From the NCBI GenBank assembly GCA_054661495.1, contig BAAFSQ010000070.1, positions 12,184 through 44,183 of the forward strand: a stretch of DNA of 32,000 nt, read 5' to 3'. Shown one piece after another: positions 30,664 to 32,000 of this stretch (position 1 is the first letter of the stretch; each line of letters begins with the position of its first letter). The stretch comes from Zygophlyctis sp. KS116 (lineage: Eukaryota; Fungi; Chytridiomycota). The notes under the pieces were generated by a model. That model did not search any database. It was not told the origin of the DNA and was given only the letters and a program-made list of their open reading frames with translations. A program made the position numbers and the translations under genes.

Positions 30664-32000
30664 CTAGACATCAAAACCGATCAATATGCCCTCCCATACT
30701 GTAGCTAAAAGGGCAATTATTGCTAGCGTATTTCCAGTAAAAACTGGAAATCGATCTATTTCGAAAACATCAATGAAGACGTATCCAAGCCAGTCGGAAA
30801 GATCTTGAGTGGTAAAGGTTGATGGCAATAATGAGCCAAGATGTGATTTGAGAATTAGAATTGTGTTGACTAGTGAATAGCAAACAAATCCCAAAAATTG
30901 AACAGCAAGAAGAAAAATAGAAACCATTCGAATAACTCGTAAGACGCCGATGAAATCTTGACTATTTTTTGGAATCTAAAATTAGCTTCAGTAAAATCTT
31001 ACCCTTTGTATGTACGACAGCGGCTGTGATTTTTCAGGAATTTCTTTGGATTTAAAAAATGTAGAAGCCGATGATTGGATTTCAATAAATTTAAGACCAT
31101 TATCAAGTATCAGAACCTTGTTTGTGGCAAATATAGAGTTTTCGGTGCAAAATTCAAATGAGGCTGAATTAGAAAACGTTTTGTCGCTGTCTGTGTATCC
31201 AGAAATATTTCCAATGCATTTGAGATTTTCTTCTGATATATATTTATCACCTAAAGAAGCAGAAAGAATTGTGAGGTCGCGATCAGATTCGGTAGGTGTA
31301 TTGTCAATCTCTGAAATGATTATGCCAGATGAATCTGACAGTCCTGTACTTATTCTCTCTTTAGTCGAGGTACCAAAATCGAGCAATGTAACCGAGTCTG
31401 AAAATTGATTTATAGTTAAATTACTTTTTTCATGATCATTATTATCAACAATTTGAACTCCGCCCTTTTCCTGCTGTTCAATTTCCATCAGATCCACATT
31501 ATTTTCGTGTTCTTTCGAATTTTCGGATTCAATTGCTGCATTATTAGAGTTATTAGTATTTATGATATCAAAGGAGTAGCTTATTGTATTCATGGATATA
31601 GTACTTATCATACATTCCGTATCAACCACATCTTGATCATAAAACTCTAGTTTTTCTACAATGACAGGTTGTGTGATGTTCTTCAAATCTTCCTGATCTT
31701 CTATTTCTAATGCAGCTTCAGATTCTAACAGATTATCTTCATGAACATTAACTACTTCAAACTCTTTTTGTGTGATAATTCCTTCATCATCTTGATCTTT
31801 TGATTCTATTGCAGCGTCAGATTCTAACAGATTAACAGATTCAGATATTGAATCTACAGTCCCATCTTGATAGTGCAACAATTCCATGGGTACACTTTGA
31901 TTAGTATCTTCATGAACTTTCACTTCAAGCTCTTTATGAGTACTAATTTCATCATCATCTTGATCTTTTGATTCTATTGCAGCGTCAGATTCTAACAGAT
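30664..32000 (-). CDS. Acidic low-complexity repeat protein with C-terminal TM segments, 3' part (27-nt intron near 30978-31004)
   Basis: The frame is open from the window end. Intron GTAAGATTTTACTGAAGCTAATTTTAG joins YIQR to IPKNSQDFIGVLRVIRMVSIFLLAV. Hydrophobic C-terminal helices. Confidence 0.65.
31683..32000 (-). repeat. Coding repeat NLLES[DE]AA[IL]ExxDQ[DE]D, at least 3 copies
   Basis: 49 bp identical at 31784-31832 and 31952-32000; a degenerate copy at ~31683-31733. Confidence 0.85.

Noticed and set aside
1-32000. CRISPR arrays, tRNA/rRNA genes, transposases, alternative genetic code
   Set aside because: No repeat-spacer arrays, cloverleafs or transposase motifs seen. Apparent in-frame stops in conserved genes are explained by micro-introns.

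Overview
AT-rich, very gene-dense eukaryotic nuclear DNA. The gene set (triple-DCX protein, RTEL1, Zwilch, SCFD2-like, Sip5, Sho1-like) best fits a zoosporic early-diverging fungus (chytrid-like); this is an inference. Core genes: clathrin light chain (partial), Sip5-like RING protein, SAM-methyltransferase-like protein, mitochondrial SSB, PFS2/WDR33, DCX-domain protein, RTEL1, SEN34, Sec1-family SCFD2-like, Zwilch and NUP98-NUP96. I reconstructed about 36 spliceosomal introns by hand; 33 are only 23-30 nt and one needs a GC donor. One outlier intron of 151 nt holds a ~100-nt G-U-rich rod-like hairpin, a candidate intronic ncRNA or splicing element. Two intronless, dynamic families sit among the core genes. 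(i) Signal-peptide ankyrin-repeat proteins: three intact, one relic, a 614-bp identical duplication, and PP1-docking and dileucine-like motifs, so candidate effectors. (ii) A tandem array of five Sho1-like four-TM proteins lacking the SH3 tail: three intact and two pseudogenes, with a homogenised core and divergent loops. Several genes are only 0-23 bp apart, and a GTCCGA/TCGGAC motif recurs in non-coding DNA. All homology calls come from motif recognition by eye, not database searches.
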